Assembly (NCBI GenBank): GCA_036480375.1 | Contig: JAZGGI010000003.1 | Span: 141,892-205,891 of the forward strand | From: Candidatus Zixiibacteriota bacterium | GTDB lineage: Bacteria; Zixibacteria; MSB-5A5; GN15; JAAZOE01 | DNA: 64,000 nucleotides | Reading direction: 5' to 3' | Part shown: in pieces, positions 46,174-54,451 of the stretch | Position numbering within the stretch: position 1 is the stretch's first letter | How the letters are laid out: every line of letters begins with the position of its first letter | Translations under genes and position numbers: made by a program | The notes under the pieces: model-generated | Seen by the model: only the letters and a program-made list of their open reading frames with translations | What the model was told of the DNA's origin: nothing | Database searches by the model: none

Positions 46174-47079
46174 TTACTGCGTCAGCCGTGGCAACAAATT
46201 AGTCAGTTTCATCTTAAGAGAACCGAGATTAATCGATTCGGTACATACTATTGCAAGTAATTTACCCTTTATGCCGGCCATATAATACAAGGATTTGGGT
46301 GTTTCTATCATCATTGATTGTAATTGCCCAAATCCGCCTTCTCGTATTTGAATAGTCGTAAACCGCGCCGTTTCAACAGCAAGGGCTCCGACCAAATCCG
46401 TATCGCCCGACACATTCCAAATCGATTCAATGACCAGACCGTCACTATTTATTATCAATACTCCCTCGATCCCGGGCGTCTCAACCAGGGCTCTCAACAT
46501 TTGCTTATAGTTCATATCGGCCTGAACCGGAGGAGCCTCTTGAGTTATTGTCTGTACCGGAGCCGGATGGTCGCGCTCTTGAGGTGTCGGTGAAATCCTT
46601 ACCGTAGGGGCTTGTGGAGCAGGCGCAACATGATTTGCATCCGGTTGATTTGGTTGTTCAAGGGGTATTTTCCGGGCAATTTCAAGCAGCTTCTTAATAT
46701 GCACATTTTCCGGATCACCCTCATGAAGCTTTTCCAGAAGGCGGCAGGCCTTATTAAACTCATTCTTATAAATAAATATTTCGGAAAGAAGCAATTCGGT
46801 AGTTCGGGTTTCGCCGTCAAGTTCCACTGCCCGCACCGCTTCAGTCTCGGCCCAATCGTACATCCCCTTATCCATGTTAATTTTCGCCATTACCAGATGA
46901 GCGGAACCATAATCGGGGTGGATTTTCAAACCATTCTGGCAAATGCGAAAGGCCTTATCAAGATCACCCTTTTTGCGATGAGCTTCCGCTAAAGCGGCGA
47001 AAATCTGTGAGCCGGGATTTTCATCCAATATCTTAGTACATTTGGCGATCCGTTCATCAATATTTGACCGATCAATCAT
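46174..47079 (-). CDS. TPR repeat protein with C-terminal Roadblock/LC7 domain
   Basis: About 3 TPRs (FAALAEAHRKKGDLDKAFRICQNGLKIHPDYGSAHLVMAKINMDKGMYDWAE...). A P/Q linker follows, then GIEGVLIINSDGLVIES...LVGALAVE...GKLLAIVCTESINLGSLKMKL. Confidence 0.72.
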   Translation of the reverse strand: MIDRSNIDERIAKCTKILDENPGSQIFAALAEAHRKKGDLDKAFRICQNGLKIHPDYGSAHLVMAKINMDKGMYDWAETEAVRAVELDGETRTTELLLSEIFIYKNEFNKACRLLEKLHEGDPENVHIKKLLEIARKIPLEQPNQPDANHVAPAPQAPTVRISPTPQERDHPAPVQTITQEAPPVQADMNYKQMLRALVETPGIEGVLIINSDGLVIESIWNVSGDTDLVGALAVETARFTTIQIREGGFGQLQSMMIETPKSLYYMAGIKGKLLAIVCTESINLGSLKMKLTNLLPRLTQ

Positions 47080-47171
47080 TATTATGATCCATCCAAAATT
47101 TTAATACCTTTGTTTAGCGCATATCCAATCGATAATAGCCTATGGCCTCATTCGAGTCAAACAAAAATACC

Positions 47172-47537
47172 CTAACCCAAAACGCGGCGGGCGTGCATAA
47201 GTCCGATGAGCCATAATATCACTGTTCCGACATATAGTATTCCGGCTATATCGAAAGTTAATGTGAACAACTTGAGTTCCTGAGCCAGGATTAACACCTG
47301 ACCTGCTGTCAGCGTAATGAATGAAATTATCCACATTTGACAGCCTTTAGCCAGAGCTCCCCCCTTGACCAATCCAAATAGTTTTATCGCTACTGACAGG
47401 CAGGCTAAGGCGCCTATCAGAATCACGATATTGATGATGGCCGGTATGCTTCCCAAAACATTAAAATCGGCGGCAAACGCCGATTCGGCCATAATCATCG
47501 TCAACGGCAATATCCCAAGTCCAGGTTTATACTTCAT
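47172..47537 (-). CDS. small membrane protein (hypothetical; signal peptide + 3 TM)
   Basis: Hydrophobicity pattern only. ATGA start/stop overlap with the upstream DUF4388 gene suggests co-translation. Confidence 0.55.
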   Translation of the reverse strand: MKYKPGLGILPLTMIMAESAFAADFNVLGSIPAIINIVILIGALACLSVAIKLFGLVKGGALAKGCQMWIISFITLTAGQVLILAQELKLFTLTFDIAGILYVGTVILWLIGLMHARRVLG

Positions 47538-48745
47538 GAGTCACCCGATATCATTTTTATGGTTCTCTCCGCTTTTCTGATGGAATAGTAGAAATTATCA
47601 TCAAGACGGAATTTCTTTACAAGTTCTCTTCGCATAGCCAATGGTTCGGAAATTTCTTTTTTGACTTTCCCAACCGCGTTGCGAAAGGCTCCGTGTCCAA
47701 ATTGCATAAATATATATTCAAGCTGTTCATGCAACATATCTTCCAGCATGGATAGAAGTCGGTGCATCCGTACCTTTTCCGGGATTTTCTTAACTTCCTG
47801 TAAAAATCTCTCCAGCGACGGCCCCGATTCGGTATTTATATCACACCCGGGGAAAAACACCAATAATCCTTGTCTGAAGCTTGATATAAATTTGTTATAC
47901 CCGGGATTGGTCGTCCCGACTACTTCCTCAATTACCTTGCGGGTCCTCAGAAAACAAGTGTTGTAGAGTCTAAAGATAATTCCCAAAATTATTTCTTCTT
48001 CATCCTCATCCGGTCCGATATTATCATTGGCGGTTTTACCGGCCCCCTCGACGAGCGAATTCAAAATGAGTCGATACAATGCCCGGCAGGTAGGAAATTC
48101 ACCTATCGGAGAAGCCTCGATTATTTCCGGTAACGTTCGTTCTCCGCTTATCAACGTCAATATTTTAAACTCATCGAGGGATAAAGTAATCTCATCTGAA
48201 TTAACTTTAGGAATTAGGCGCACTCGCAAAAGAATATTATTGGGCGGGAGAACTTTTTGTATTTCGAGCCATTCGTCGATCCTCCGCGTGCCTTCCATGA
48301 TGATATTCATAGTTGACAAATTAACCAGGAATGAGGCGTTTTGCGGAGATTCCCCTTCAGCGAATGAAAAATCGCCCTCGACCCAGCTGAAAAGATTATA
48401 GACAATTTCCTCGATCTGCATTTGCAGGCATTCGGAAACTTCATCCTTATCAAACAGCTGCATATCTATAAGAGTAGCTCCCAGGGCTCGGCCGGAAGAT
48501 TTATGGAGTGCGATCGCGCGTTCTAAATCTTTCTTATTGATTTTGCCACGCTTTAATAGCAAATTTCCAAGAAGATCTTCATTCGCGTTTACCGAAGAAG
48601 CGTATATAATATTGCCTTCCGAGAACGCGATTTCTTTTTTGCGCGACCCCGTCATTACTGTTAGTACACCTGTTTTTTTTCCGGTAGACAGCAATTGCAG
48701 TACATCGGAAAACGATACCGTCTTTAGGTTGCCTGTTAGTCCCAT
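47534..48745 (-). CDS. DUF4388 (PATAN-like) domain protein
   Basis: The N-terminus GNLKTVSFSDVLQLLSTGKKTGVLTV...IAFSEGNIIYASS...LLGNLLLKRGKI...LFSWVEGDFSF matches the DUF4388 pattern. The C-terminal ~270 aa has no motif I recognise. Confidence 0.72.
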   Translation of the reverse strand: MGLTGNLKTVSFSDVLQLLSTGKKTGVLTVMTGSRKKEIAFSEGNIIYASSVNANEDLLGNLLLKRGKINKKDLERAIALHKSSGRALGATLIDMQLFDKDEVSECLQMQIEEIVYNLFSWVEGDFSFAEGESPQNASFLVNLSTMNIIMEGTRRIDEWLEIQKVLPPNNILLRVRLIPKVNSDEITLSLDEFKILTLISGERTLPEIIEASPIGEFPTCRALYRLILNSLVEGAGKTANDNIGPDEDEEEIILGIIFRLYNTCFLRTRKVIEEVVGTTNPGYNKFISSFRQGLLVFFPGCDINTESGPSLERFLQEVKKIPEKVRMHRLLSMLEDMLHEQLEYIFMQFGHGAFRNAVGKVKKEISEPLAMRRELVKKFRLDDNFYYSIRKAERTIKMISGDS

Positions 48746-48890
48746 ATCGCCTTAGCTGTTAATATGTTAGACTGCACTAATTTAAAATGCACGTAAACCA
48801 ATATTTCTTTCTTTTTATCGGGATGTAGGTCATATATCTTTACCGTTATATTGGGCAGATTGGTACAAAATATTGGAAATGACCAACACT

Positions 48891-51128
48891 TCAGGGGAAT
48901 ATCGTGATATTTGAACCTGATAAGATGATTCTGTCATTCATCCCGGGATATAATTCATCAAAGTCATTATCCTGCCATATCTTATAATATCTTTCATGTC
49001 TTTCAAAGAGAATTACCGCCTTATCGGTGTCATTTCGTAATAGTAATTCCGAAAGACTCTTATCACTATTTATAAAAATTATATACCATTTGCAGTGATT
49101 AATTAAACTCTCAGGCAATCGCTTCAGATCCGCCGGTGAATCGGCTATTATAATTTCCGATGAATCGGATATTTGAATTAAGGCGACATTAGGACCAATT
49201 TGAATTTCATAAATCGCCTCGTTTTCGACCATGCGTATTTTTTCGGCAATCGACCAGATTGATGGGTTGGAAAAATTAAATTCATTGACCGGATAGAGAA
49301 CGATGTCAGGGCCAAATTCGGATCCTTCCGCCATCCTCTGCCAAGTCCGATATTTTGGCTCGAACAATATAAATATTTCCGGAAACGGTTCGTCCCGATC
49401 GGTTAAATATGGTATTAGATTGGCGCTGAAATCATCATAACGAGAAGCCCGGCTCTGATGAAATATGGCCAATCTATTCGTGGAATTTATAATTACGCTC
49501 TGGGTCGCTCCCCGATTATATATCTCAATCGATGCTATTGGTTTTTCCTTGGCAAATATGCCCTCCCCGAAGAAGCATACTCCCCCCAGTAAGATTGAAA
49601 AAACCAATAAGCGCCGTAGTGATTTTGAAGTTATTGCGAAAAATACCATCGTCAAAATTATCAATGCAAAAATAGAATACTCGCCCTTGACTTCTGCCAT
49701 TCTTATAGCTGAAAACTCCCAGCTCCCGAACCAAATTACCAACTCATTAATTATGATGAGTAGTCGATCAAGCAAAGCTCCGGCAATTATCGCCAGCGGC
49801 GGGAAAATTAAATTCACCGTAAGAAGAATCATTATGCCGATAACCGCTACCGAAACCAGAGGTACGATTAGTAAATTGGAAAACACCGTCACCAGTGACA
49901 TCTCCCCAAAATAAAAGAGAGTTATCGGAGCCGAAACCAAAGAAGCGATAAATGAGCAACCGGTTACTAATAACAAATAGCGATAAGCTGAAGAGATTGA
50001 ATAACCCACCAGGAGGGAATTAACCTTTGGCAGAAACAAAATTAATCCCCATGTCACGGCAAATGATAATTGAAAACCAATATCAAATAAATTGGCAGGA
50101 TCATATAATATCAAAAGACATGCCGCGGCGGCGATAATGTTGTTTAGATCAGCCCGGCGGTATAAAAATCTGACGAAAATTATTAGGATGGCCATAACCG
50201 AAGCGCGAATGACCGAAGGTTGATTGTTTGATAGATGTGAAAAGACGACAACAACTGATATGAGAATCAATAACCTGGTAGTTTTTTTAAATGCGAATAC
50301 CTTAAGAAAAACTGAGATTACGATCAGTACCAAAGCGACATTCGACCCCGATACAGCCAATAGATGTAAAGTTCCCGTCCGCCGGAAAGCCTGATAAATA
50401 TCCTCAGGGATATCGCGGGTTTCTCCTATTAAAAACCCCGAGGCCAGAGCGTTTGGAATTTCGGTCAGGTTAGATTGGAAACAATCAAGCACCCATTTTC
50501 TGAGTGATGAAATTGCCTTCCCCCAGACATTGCTTTCTTTCTCAGATTTAAGTATTAAAACCGGATTTGATATATAAACAATTCCCCTGATGCCCTTATT
50601 CGCCAGGTATTCCCGATAGTCAAATTGCCCCGGATAATTTCCCCCGGAAGGGTTGTATAGTCTTCCCGAAAATGAGACTGCATCCCCCAGCATAAACTCA
50701 GTCGTTTCTCTTCGAACGTTTACCAGTATTGACCCGGATGCCGGTCTGACCGAATCCCGAACTATGATTGAATCGGCCCGGCACGTAAGAATTGTCTTAT
50801 GCTGTTTTAAAACCGGCCATTTTTCTATTTTCCCAAAAATCCTCACAGAGCCGGAACCAGACACGTATTGTCCAATGTCATCCGCCGCGAAATACTGATA
50901 TTTTTGAGATGCCATTAAATAAGATCCGAACAATAAAAACAAAATCAGTGAGATGGAAAAATACCGGGCATCCAATCGAAAATATGACGTTACCAATAAT
51001 AACATTGCTCCGATTAAAATAACGACCATTAACGGCATACTGAATACCACATACCTACCCAATATTGTCCCGGCAAAGATACCGGTCAGGGCAAAAACAG
51101 CGGGAAATCGAAAACTAAACGACGTCAT
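48891..51128 (-). CDS. comEC: ComEC/Rec2 family DNA internalisation channel protein (degenerate MBL domain)
   Basis: N-terminal DUF4131-like part, then a polytopic Competence domain (TGTLHLLAVSGSNVALV..., IRASVMA..., GFQLSFAVTW). The C-terminal domain lacks the HxHxDH-type motif. Confidence 0.85.
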   Translation of the reverse strand: MTSFSFRFPAVFALTGIFAGTILGRYVVFSMPLMVVILIGAMLLLVTSYFRLDARYFSISLILFLLFGSYLMASQKYQYFAADDIGQYVSGSGSVRIFGKIEKWPVLKQHKTILTCRADSIIVRDSVRPASGSILVNVRRETTEFMLGDAVSFSGRLYNPSGGNYPGQFDYREYLANKGIRGIVYISNPVLILKSEKESNVWGKAISSLRKWVLDCFQSNLTEIPNALASGFLIGETRDIPEDIYQAFRRTGTLHLLAVSGSNVALVLIVISVFLKVFAFKKTTRLLILISVVVVFSHLSNNQPSVIRASVMAILIIFVRFLYRRADLNNIIAAAACLLILYDPANLFDIGFQLSFAVTWGLILFLPKVNSLLVGYSISSAYRYLLLVTGCSFIASLVSAPITLFYFGEMSLVTVFSNLLIVPLVSVAVIGIMILLTVNLIFPPLAIIAGALLDRLLIIINELVIWFGSWEFSAIRMAEVKGEYSIFALIILTMVFFAITSKSLRRLLVFSILLGGVCFFGEGIFAKEKPIASIEIYNRGATQSVIINSTNRLAIFHQSRASRYDDFSANLIPYLTDRDEPFPEIFILFEPKYRTWQRMAEGSEFGPDIVLYPVNEFNFSNPSIWSIAEKIRMVENEAIYEIQIGPNVALIQISDSSEIIIADSPADLKRLPESLINHCKWYIIFINSDKSLSELLLRNDTDKAVILFERHERYYKIWQDNDFDELYPGMNDRIILSGSNITIFP

Positions 51129-52689
51129 TTTCCCTTTTATCGATAGCAGCTTTATCTTTTAATTTCGGAATATTCCTGAATGCAAAGGAAACAAGCAAAT
51201 AACCTATTGCGGCAATAATTAATAAAATCGAGATTTTCTCAATGCGGCCAAATAGACTATCTCCCAACGCGATGAACCAGCCAATTTCTTTTATATTACT
51301 AAGTAGAATCCCGGTTAAAGCGGCGGCCATCACCGATTTTATAAACAACACCGAAACCGCCGAGATCTTTATTCCTTTTATTTTTGCGGGAAGATAAAAT
51401 ACCAGTAAACCAAAATTAACGATTCCGCCGAGAGCCGTCGCGGCCGCCAAACCGGCGAAATCCCAAAGTCTGATAAAAATAAAATTCGCTCCCAGATTTA
51501 TAAGGACGGCATAAATTGAAAATTTCATCGGATTGACAGCATCTTTGAGGGCGTAGTAAATCGGCGCAGTAACTCTTACTCCGGCAAAACCAATTAGTCC
51601 GACGCTAAACCATTTCAAAGCTCGATAAGTATTATAAGTATCGTTTTGAACGAATCGCCCATGTTCGAATAAGAGACCGATAATTTCATCCCCGGCGACT
51701 ATGAAAAAGGCGGCAACGGGAAAGACCAGAAAAAAACACAAATGTACCGCTCGATAAAATACTCTTATCAAACCATCTTCATCATTCATCGCCGCCAACG
51801 CCGAAGCTTTGGGCAAAGCAACGGTACCCAGAGCTACCGCGATAATCCCGAGCGGCAAATGCATAATCCGATAGGCATAGGTCAAATAAGATACCGAACC
51901 GGCGGCCAAAAGTGACGCCAGAAGTGTATTAACAAAAATATTTATTCGTCCCGCGGCCAATCCCCCAATCATCGGACTCATTAATTTGGCGATGCGTTTC
52001 AAACCATGATGATTGAATTGAGGCTTAAACCGAAATCTAAATCCGGATTTCAGCAAACTCGGAACCTGAATTAAAAATTGCCCCGTACCCCCGAGTAGTA
52101 CTCCGGCTGCAATACCGAATATGGGCCGCTCAAGATAAGGGCAGATTATAAAAGCGGCGGTAATAACCCCGATATTAAACATCGCCGGAGCCAGAGCCGG
52201 AATTCCAAACTTATCAAGGGAATTCAGGATTGACATCGCCAGAGCCGCCAAGGCTACCAATAACAGGAAAGGAAACATATAGGCGGTCAACTGACCGGTT
52301 AATTCAGCCTTACCGGAAATATCCGAAAAACCGGGAGCGATAATTTTAACCAGATAAGGCGACAATATTGCTCCGGCAATACATACGACCGAAACCACTA
52401 ACGTTAAAACCGAAAAACTGACCTGCGCCAGTTCAAAAGCCGGTTCTTTTCCTTTTTCCTGAAATTCCTGTTTAAAAACCGGCACAAAGGCCGAAGAAAG
52501 AGCCCCCTCCGCAAACAAGTCACGCAATAAGTTGGGAATGCGATAGGCCGCGAAAAAAGCATCGGCCGCTAATGAGGCGCCAAAAAGATGGGCAAACACC
52601 TGCTCTCGGACCAAACCCAGCAAGCGGGATAAAAAAGTCCCCGAAGCCACCCTTGAAAATGAAATTGTAAATCCCGTTTTTTTTACCAT
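51115..52689 (-). CDS. murJ: lipid II flippase MurJ
   Basis: SRLLGLVREQVFAHLFGASLAADAFFAAYRIPNLLRDLFAEGALSSAFVPVF and 14 TM-like segments. Confidence 0.93.
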   Translation of the reverse strand: MVKKTGFTISFSRVASGTFLSRLLGLVREQVFAHLFGASLAADAFFAAYRIPNLLRDLFAEGALSSAFVPVFKQEFQEKGKEPAFELAQVSFSVLTLVVSVVCIAGAILSPYLVKIIAPGFSDISGKAELTGQLTAYMFPFLLLVALAALAMSILNSLDKFGIPALAPAMFNIGVITAAFIICPYLERPIFGIAAGVLLGGTGQFLIQVPSLLKSGFRFRFKPQFNHHGLKRIAKLMSPMIGGLAAGRINIFVNTLLASLLAAGSVSYLTYAYRIMHLPLGIIAVALGTVALPKASALAAMNDEDGLIRVFYRAVHLCFFLVFPVAAFFIVAGDEIIGLLFEHGRFVQNDTYNTYRALKWFSVGLIGFAGVRVTAPIYYALKDAVNPMKFSIYAVLINLGANFIFIRLWDFAGLAAATALGGIVNFGLLVFYLPAKIKGIKISAVSVLFIKSVMAAALTGILLSNIKEIGWFIALGDSLFGRIEKISILLIIAAIGYLLVSFAFRNIPKLKDKAAIDKRENDVV

Positions 52690-52697
52690 TTAGTCTC

Positions 52698-52725
52698 TTG
52701 ACAGAATTCCGATACAATGTATATT
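52698..52725 (+). promoter_or_regulatory. candidate sigma70-type promoter of rpsT
   Basis: TTGACA (52698-52703), 16-nt spacer, TATATT (52720-52725), about 38 nt upstream of the rpsT start. Confidence 0.4.
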
Positions 52726-52762
52726 ATGAGGCTTTATTGAGCAAAATGAAAGGAGATTTTTC

Positions 52763-53020
52763 TTGCCACAACACAAATCATGCGTTAAACGGCTGCGGCA
52801 ATCGGCAAATGAAAAGGTACGGAATAACGCGATTAGGACTCTGCTGAGAAAGACAATGAAAGAAACCAAGGCTACTCTTGCGGCCGGTGAAGAAGTGGAC
52901 CTTAAAAAGGCTTATACCAGCATAGATAAAGTTTGGAGTAAAGGGATTATTCACAAAAGAAAAGCGGCCCGGCTAAAATCACGAATGACAAAAGCGATGG
53001 CTCGCTTAAAATCTGAATAA
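52763..53020 (+). CDS. rpsT: 30S ribosomal protein S20
   Basis: PQHKSCVKRLRQSANEKVRNNAIRTLLRK... TTG start. 85 aa. Confidence 0.93.
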   Translation: MPQHKSCVKRLRQSANEKVRNNAIRTLLRKTMKETKATLAAGEEVDLKKAYTSIDKVWSKGIIHKRKAARLKSRMTKAMARLKSE

Positions 53021-53021
53021 T

Positions 53022-54257
53022 CTAAAACAGATGGCGTGTCAGGCGCAAGAGTCTCGGCGCAGACGTCAATACGCTTTTTATCATCGCGGCCGGATCAATT
53101 GATTCGGCCGTCCTGTTTTTTAAATAGCCTTCAAGAAATTCCATAAGTATCTCCCAATCGCGATTATCGAATTTTCTGAAAACCGGATAGGCTTTGGAGA
53201 GTATATTCATATCTCGGCCTATAGCTTTTTCAACCCGCGATCGATACAATTCCTGCATTTGATTATGCGGTAAATTGGTATCGATTGCTTCGGCAATGAC
53301 TTGGGCGGCAAGCTGGCCGGTATGCAAAGCCCGGGCAATACCCGCTCCGGTAACCGAATCTATTATCCGGGCGGCATCACCGGCAAGGAGGATATTCTCC
53401 CGGCCTAATGTATCAAAATTTTTAAATTTCGGAACCATCCCGCAGGTTTCAAACTCTACCCTGCCCCCTGGAAAATTTTCTTTGATAAATTTATCCAATT
53501 TTTCGCGGAGAAATTTGCTATCGGACTCATATGGATTTAATCCGACTCCAATATTGGCCGAGTTTTCAGATTTCGGGAAAACCCATAAATATCCGTTTGG
53601 CGAATACGTATCCCCGACATAGAAAAGCAGACAATTGGGCTCAATTTCGATATTCGTAACGTAATATTGTAACGTTGTTTCGCAATGCTCTAAGTCCAGA
53701 CCGGTCTCCAATCCCGCCATCCGGCCGATTTGAGATTCGACGCCGTCGGCGCCGATTATATAATCCGACTCAATTTGATATTCTCCGGTATCTGTTTGAA
53801 TTGACGCAAGGGCGTTTCCATTTATAGAAATGTCGTGTACATAGGCTCCCCCAATAAACTCCACGCCTCGTTCAATCGCGCGGTCAATCAGGAATTTCTC
53901 AAACGCGGGTCGGTCTAATACATAGCCCAGGGTATTGCCAAAATCATAAAGTAGTTCTTTTCCTGTTGAAACCGTCATCTTCACGGAATTAATTTCGGTT
54001 GAAATAAACTCCCGGCGCGGTTCAACAAATGTTGATAAACCTTCCAATGAAGTCGCTTCGGCACAGCAAACGGGCCTGCCGATTTCAATTTTTCTATCCG
54101 CAAGTAATACATCCAAACCGGCTCTGGCGGCTTCCGTCGCAGCGTATGCTCCGGCCGGGCCGGCACCGACAATCAGCAGTTGGTATCTCTTTTTCAAAAC
54201 GATCCCTCTCCGGCCCGCGGATTTTGGGACTGGATTTTTAATGAATCTACGGGACAA
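53022..54257 (-). CDS. FAD-dependent geranylgeranyl reductase family oxidoreductase
   Basis: LLIVGAGPAGAYAATEAARAGLDVLLADRKIEIGRPVCCAEA...VLDRPAFEKFL... fits the GGR family pattern. The start may instead be the TTG at 54197, directly after the ferredoxin stop. Confidence 0.78.
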   Translation of the reverse strand: MSRRFIKNPVPKSAGRRGIVLKKRYQLLIVGAGPAGAYAATEAARAGLDVLLADRKIEIGRPVCCAEATSLEGLSTFVEPRREFISTEINSVKMTVSTGKELLYDFGNTLGYVLDRPAFEKFLIDRAIERGVEFIGGAYVHDISINGNALASIQTDTGEYQIESDYIIGADGVESQIGRMAGLETGLDLEHCETTLQYYVTNIEIEPNCLLFYVGDTYSPNGYLWVFPKSENSANIGVGLNPYESDSKFLREKLDKFIKENFPGGRVEFETCGMVPKFKNFDTLGRENILLAGDAARIIDSVTGAGIARALHTGQLAAQVIAEAIDTNLPHNQMQELYRSRVEKAIGRDMNILSKAYPVFRKFDNRDWEILMEFLEGYLKNRTAESIDPAAMIKSVLTSAPRLLRLTRHLF

Positions 54258-54397
54258 AACTCAATGCAAATTTCGCATAAAGAACAATCATCCTGCCTGA
54301 CGCATAATCCGTTAAGCCCCAAATACAGAGCAAAATCAGAACATAACGAAATACATCCGGCGCATTCATGACATGTTCTGGAATCTATAATCAGCAT
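54194..54397 (-). CDS. small 4Fe-4S ferredoxin
   Basis: CHECAGCISLC and CSLCEICIEFCP cluster motifs. 67 aa. Immediately upstream of the GGR-family gene. Confidence 0.8.
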   Translation of the reverse strand: MLIIDSRTCHECAGCISLCSDFALYLGLNGLCVRQDDCSLCEICIEFCPVDSLKIQSQNPRAGEGSF

Positions 54398-54431
54398 AAA
54401 AAAACCCGGCTAATATTATCATAGCCGGGTT
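54398..54431 (-). terminator. rho-independent terminator downstream of the SbnI-like gene
   Basis: The minus strand reads AACCCGGCT-11 nt-AGCCGGGTT followed by T7, which abuts the ferredoxin ATG. Confidence 0.65.
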
Positions 54432-54451
54432 ACTAAGACAAGATTTTTTTA

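Noticed and set aside
54194-54257. 64-nt overlap between the ferredoxin and the GGR-family ORF as evidence of a frameshift or fusion
   Set aside because: The frames differ and both proteins are complete. The overlap disappears if the GGR-family gene starts at the TTG at 54197, directly after the ferredoxin stop.
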